64,000 bases of DNA from Candidatus Hydrogenedentes bacterium UBA6118 (GTDB lineage Bacteria; Hydrogenedentota; Hydrogenedentia; Hydrogenedentales; SLHB01). The notes under the pieces are model-generated. The model ran no database searches. It saw only the letters and a program-made list of their open reading frames with translations, and was not told the DNA's origin. Shown piece after piece: positions 60,366-64,000 of this stretch; position 1 is the first letter of the stretch, and every line of letters starts with the position of its first letter. Both the position numbers and the translations under genes were made by a program. The stretch lies in NCBI GenBank assembly GCA_002422525.1, contig DIWA01000086.1, positions 52,533 through 116,532 of the forward strand. Direction: 5' to 3'.

Positions 60366-61241
60366 TCAAAACAGCTCGGAGGCGCGCATCGCGACCGCGT
60401 CCCGGAGGCGATCGACGCCGAGGGCAAGGAACCCGTGGTCCAATTCCGTGCCCACAAACCGCCGCTTGTGCGCGATCGCGGCGACGCCCGTCGTCGCGCT
60501 GCCCGCGAACGGGTCGAACACAAGCGCGCCGGGGTCGCTGGATGCCAGGATGATCCGCGCGAGCAACGCAATCGGCTTCTGCGTCGGGTGCCTGCCGAAC
60601 CTCTTCTCCGATCCGTTGGGCGCGGGAAGGGTCCACACCGATTTCATCTGTTTGCCGCCGTTCATCTCGCGCATGTCGGCGTAGTTGAAGCAGTGCTTCG
60701 AGCGTTCGCTCTTCGCCGCCCATAGGATCGTCTCGGTCGCGTGCGTGAAATACCGGCAGGAGAGGTTGGGCGGCGGATTGGGCTTTTCCCAGGTGATGTC
60801 GTTCAGGATCTTCATGCCGAGCTGTTGCATCGCGTAGCCCGCGGAGTGGATCACGTGGTGCGTGCCCGACACCCACAGCGTGCCGTCGGCCTTGAGCAGC
60901 TTCCGGCACCGGTCGATCCAGGCCAGGTTGAACTCGTGGTTCAGCTCCGGACCCTGCGATTTGTCCCACTGCCCCTTGTCGACCTTGACCATCTTGCCCG
61001 CGTGGCAGGTGATCCCGCCGTTCGAGAGGAAGTAGGGCGGGTCGGCGAACACGAGATCGAAGAGCCCGTCGGGATAGCAGGCGATCAGCGCGTCCATGAA
61101 CTCGATGCAGTTCGCTTCATACAGCCACACGCCCGCGTCGTCGTCGTGGAACGCGCAGACATTCGGGGAAAGCTCCGTCGGTTCGAGGGTGATCCCTTCG
61201 AAGCCTTGGGATGCGGGCTGTTCAGTTTTCCGGGGCGTCAT
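60366..61241 (-). CDS. Beta-class DNA N6-adenine methyltransferase, CcrM-like (orphan)
   Basis: Motif IV DLVFADPPYF near the N-terminus, motif I VFDPFAGSATTG near the C-terminus, and CcrM-like segments (LWVSGTHH, ILNDITWEKPNPPPN, FNYADMREMNGGKQMKSVWTLP, HPTQKP). No restriction endonuclease gene adjacent. Confidence 0.8.
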   Translation of the reverse strand: MTPRKTEQPASQGFEGITLEPTELSPNVCAFHDDDAGVWLYEANCIEFMDALIACYPDGLFDLVFADPPYFLSNGGITCHAGKMVKVDKGQWDKSQGPELNHEFNLAWIDRCRKLLKADGTLWVSGTHHVIHSAGYAMQQLGMKILNDITWEKPNPPPNLSCRYFTHATETILWAAKSERSKHCFNYADMREMNGGKQMKSVWTLPAPNGSEKRFGRHPTQKPIALLARIILASSDPGALVFDPFAGSATTGVAAIAHKRRFVGTELDHGFLALGVDRLRDAVAMRASELF

Positions 61242-61276
61242 GGCGCATACGGGTCCTGGTGGGCGGCGCGTCGGCG

Positions 61277-62056
61277 CTATCGTTTCAGGCGGATCGAGAA
61301 CCGGTAGTGGTCGGAGCGGTAGACGGCCCGCACGAACTCGACGGGCCGGTTCTGCACGCCGAACGTCTGGCGCTCCATGATCAGCACGCAGTCCTTCGGG
61401 GCGATGTCCAGGCGTTGCGCCTGTTCCGAGGTCGCGCGCCCCGCCCGGATCGACTCCTCGGCCCACTTGATCTGCACGCGGTACTTCTTCTCGAGCAAGC
61501 GGTACAGCGAGCCGCTGAAATCCTCCTCGAGCGAGATGCCGAGCGAAGCGGGCAGCTCGGACTGGAGCAGGACGACCGGAAACACCTTCGTCGTGCCGCG
61601 CAATCGCCGGAGGCAGATCGTCTCTTCGCCCTCGGCCAGCGCGAGCTTCTCCCGCACGTACTCATCCGGCTCGTGGTGGAGCACGCCCAGGACCTCGGTC
61701 TTGACGGTGAGGCCCCGGCTTTCCATCTCCTCCGTGTAACTGGAGAGTCGGCCCAGGTTCTCCGTGATCTCCTGACGAACGACCCGCGTGCCCAACGCGC
61801 GCCGGCGCTCGATCATACCCTCGTTCGACAGGTTGTCGAGCGTCTTTTTCACGGTGGCTCGGCTCACCCCGAAGATCCGCATCAAGTCCTTCTCAGAGGG
61901 GAGCATCCGTCCAATGGCACCGTTGTCGCTGATGCGGTCGCGGACGATCTCCTCCATCTGATAGTACAACGGAACGGGGGAGTCCGGATCGAGCACGAAC
62001 CGCTCAGAGAGGCTGAACACCGCTTCTTTCGTGTCAGGGGCCATGGGATGCATCCT
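61277..62056 (-). CDS. GntR/HutC-family transcriptional regulator (wHTH plus UTRA)
   Basis: LPSEKDLMRIFGVSRATVKKTLDNLSNEGMIERRRALGTRV, followed by a UTRA-like effector domain. Confidence 0.7.
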   Translation of the reverse strand, partial: RMHPMAPDTKEAVFSLSERFVLDPDSPVPLYYQMEEIVRDRISDNGAIGRMLPSEKDLMRIFGVSRATVKKTLDNLSNEGMIERRRALGTRVVRQEITENLGRLSSYTEEMESRGLTVKTEVLGVLHHEPDEYVREKLALAEGEETICLRRLRGTTKVFPVVLLQSELPASLGISLEEDFSGSLYRLLEKKYRVQIKWAEESIRAGRATSEQAQRLDIAPKDCVLIMERQTFGVQNRPVEFVRAVYRSDHYRFSIRLKR

Positions 62057-62334
62057 TCGTGTTTGGAAAGTATCATTGACATGGACATCATACCATGACC
62101 GGCTCGCGATGTACACCGGGAATCCCGGGAGCGGCCCGCGGCAGCGATGGAGAGGGGACCGGTCGTATGCCGGGATAGGCAAAGGCGTTACGGGGCGGCG
62201 GCCCGGCGTGTCGGGTCCCTTCAATAGCCGATTGAAAGAATGACAGGCTTTTCAGTATACTGCCCCGCATCGACGATCCCGCCGCCCAGACCGCCGCGTC
62301 TCCGCGGGGCCGATCGTCCTCAGAACCAGATTAC

Positions 62335-63408
62335 GTGCAACCCGATTGGAGGCGCCCATTGAGTCCTGTTCGCTTCTGTCTTATTGGCGCCGGACGCGCC
62401 GGCCTTGTGCACGCGGAGAACGTCGCCCGCCGCATTCCCGACGCATGCCTCGCGGCCCTGTGCGATGCGAACCCCGAAGCCCTCAACACCGCCGCCGACC
62501 GATACGGCGTGGAGAAACGCTACGCCGACTTCAGCGATGTCATGGCGGATCCGGACATCGACGCGGTTATCATCGTAACGCCCACGTTTCTCCATTGCCG
62601 GATCGCCTGCGCCGCGGCCGAGAGCGGCAAGCATGTGTTTCTCGAGAAGCCCATGGCGATCACGGTCGAGGAGTGCGAAGCCATCAACCAGGCCGTGGCC
62701 AAGGCGGACGTGCGGTTGCAGCTCGGCTTCATGCGCCGGTTCGACAAAGGCTTCCAGCGGGTGAAGGAAGTCATCGCGAGCGGCGAGCTGGGCGCGGTGA
62801 TGACGGTGAAGTCCATCGGCCGGGGTCCGGGGCTTCCGCCGCCGTGGATCTACGACCTGAAGAAGAGCAACGGCATCCTCGCCGAGGTGAACAGCCATGA
62901 CTTCGATACGGTCCGCTGGCTTGCCGGCGACGAGGCCGCCCGCGTGTTCGCGCAGGCGGGCAACTTCAAGTGCGCCGACGCGCGCGACGGCTTCCCGGAC
63001 TTCTACGACAACGCGATCGTGTCGCTGAAGTTTGCGCGGGGCGCGCTGGGAACCGTCGACGGGACCTGCCCCTGCCACTACGGCTACGACGCCCGCGTCG
63101 AGGCGCTTTGCGAACGCGGCCTGCTGCAGGCCGGCACGGTGAAGGACGGCTCGTTCTTCCAGGCGCAAGTGAACGACGTGAAGGTGACGGGCGAAGGCAC
63201 GGTGCTGGGCAGTACGGTGAAGTCCTGGCGGAACGTGTTCAAGGACGCCTACCTCGACGAGATGGAGCACTTCATCGCCTGCGTGCGGGAGGGCAAGACT
63301 CCGGCCGCGACGGGGAAGGACGGCCTCGAGGCGGTCCGGCTCGTGGCGGCGGCGAACAAGTCGATCCTGACCGGCGACCCGATCGCCATCGACCGGAGCG
63401 ATAGCTGA
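62335..63408 (+). CDS. Gfo/Idh/MocA-family NAD(P)-dependent oxidoreductase
   Basis: VRFCLIGAGRAGLVHAEN Rossmann N-terminus, EKPMA motif, and a C-terminal alpha/beta domain. Confidence 0.75.
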   Translation: MQPDWRRPLSPVRFCLIGAGRAGLVHAENVARRIPDACLAALCDANPEALNTAADRYGVEKRYADFSDVMADPDIDAVIIVTPTFLHCRIACAAAESGKHVFLEKPMAITVEECEAINQAVAKADVRLQLGFMRRFDKGFQRVKEVIASGELGAVMTVKSIGRGPGLPPPWIYDLKKSNGILAEVNSHDFDTVRWLAGDEAARVFAQAGNFKCADARDGFPDFYDNAIVSLKFARGALGTVDGTCPCHYGYDARVEALCERGLLQAGTVKDGSFFQAQVNDVKVTGEGTVLGSTVKSWRNVFKDAYLDEMEHFIACVREGKTPAATGKDGLEAVRLVAAANKSILTGDPIAIDRSDS

Positions 63409-64000
63409 TGATAGCCGCGGTCTTCGAGCAGGGTTCGGGGTTCTCCGTGTGTGACGTGCCCATTCCCGAGATCGGGCCGGACGATCTGCTGGTGCGCGTT
63501 GAAGCCTCGGCGATCTGCGGCACGGATCTGCGCGTCGTGAAGAACGGTCAGCGGAAGCTCACGAACGGCGATCGCGTGGTGCTGGGCCACGAGTTCACCG
63601 GCGTCGTCGAGAAAGCGGGCGCGCGTCAGGCGGCGCACTTCCCCGAGGGCGTGCGGATCGGCGTCGCGCCGAACATCGGCTGCGGCCGATGCCGGATGTG
63701 CGCGATGGCCTTGCCAAACATGTGTCCAGACTACCGCGCCTACGGAATCAACATCGACGGCGCCCATGCGGAGTACGTACGGGTCGTGGGCGACTCGATC
63801 CAGCAGGGCAGCGTCATGCGCCTGCCCGAGGGCGTCTCGCCGGAAGCGGCCGCGCTGATCGAGCCGCTGTCGTGCGTCGTGAACGGGAGTCGGTCCGTTC
63901 GGATCGGCCTGGGCGACCGGGTCGTCATCTTCGGCGCGGGCCCCATCGGGCTGTTCCACGTAATGCTGGCGCGCAACGCCGGGGCTTCGCTGGCGGCGGT
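63408..64000 (+). CDS. Zinc-dependent medium-chain alcohol / polyol dehydrogenase, partial at window end
   Basis: ICGTDLRVVKNG...GHEFTGVV...GCGRCRMC (structural-zinc Cys cluster) ... VIFGAGPIGL. Start overlaps the upstream stop (TGATG). Not in the ORF track because no stop lies inside the window. Confidence 0.65.
   Translation, partial: MIAAVFEQGSGFSVCDVPIPEIGPDDLLVRVEASAICGTDLRVVKNGQRKLTNGDRVVLGHEFTGVVEKAGARQAAHFPEGVRIGVAPNIGCGRCRMCAMALPNMCPDYRAYGINIDGAHAEYVRVVGDSIQQGSVMRLPEGVSPEAAALIEPLSCVVNGSRSVRIGLGDRVVIFGAGPIGLFHVMLARNAGASLAA

Noticed and set aside
1-64000. CRISPR arrays, tRNA/rRNA genes, transposases or integrases
   Set aside because: No regularly spaced direct repeats, no tRNA-like GTTCGA / T-loop signatures in intergenic regions, and no IS-like or recombinase proteins were seen on manual inspection. 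The DUF1559 5' ends are paralogous gene segments, not mobile-element repeats.

Overview
High-GC (about 68 %) bacterial chromosomal segment. Five DUF1559 / H-X9-DG prepilin-like paralogs, a sulfatase with a Cys-type (CSPTR) formylglycine motif, Tat/Sec-exported CAZymes and a dcw cluster without ftsZ in view suggest a Planctomycetota-like (PVC superphylum) organism. From 5' to 3' the window holds: (i) a minus-strand division/cell-wall (dcw) fragment mraZ-STAS-rsmH-ftsL-ftsI(partial), with an anti-sigma-factor antagonist inserted between mraZ and rsmH; (ii) an envelope-stress island, PilZ-pspA-pspB-like-pspB-pspC plus small membrane proteins and a 2TM-domain protein; (iii) a sialidase-like BNR protein, hisS, cydAB, an Nfu-type Fe-S scaffold, a PLAT-like small protein, pterin-4a-carbinolamine dehydratase and class-I xylose isomerase; (iv) a long carbohydrate / sulfated-glycan utilisation region with GH2, a 1130-aa GH5-plus-unknown-domain enzyme, GH95 fucosidase, a clan GH-A hydrolase, a DUF4038 (GH140-like) protein, an arylsulfatase, two pairs of tandem uncharacterised secreted paralogs, several AraC and GntR/LacI-type regulators, and DUF1559 genes positioned next to the enzymes; (v) a truncated acetyl-CoA synthetase remnant abutting cfa; (vi) serS, parB, parA, a CcrM-like orphan adenine methyltransferase, a GntR/HutC regulator and sugar oxidoreductases. 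No rRNA, tRNA, CRISPR array, transposase or integrase was recognised. Many long ORFs in the six-frame track are Arg-rich antisense artefacts of high-GC coding sequence and were rejected. Start coordinates come from ORF-track arithmetic and visible RBS motifs and may be off by a few codons.
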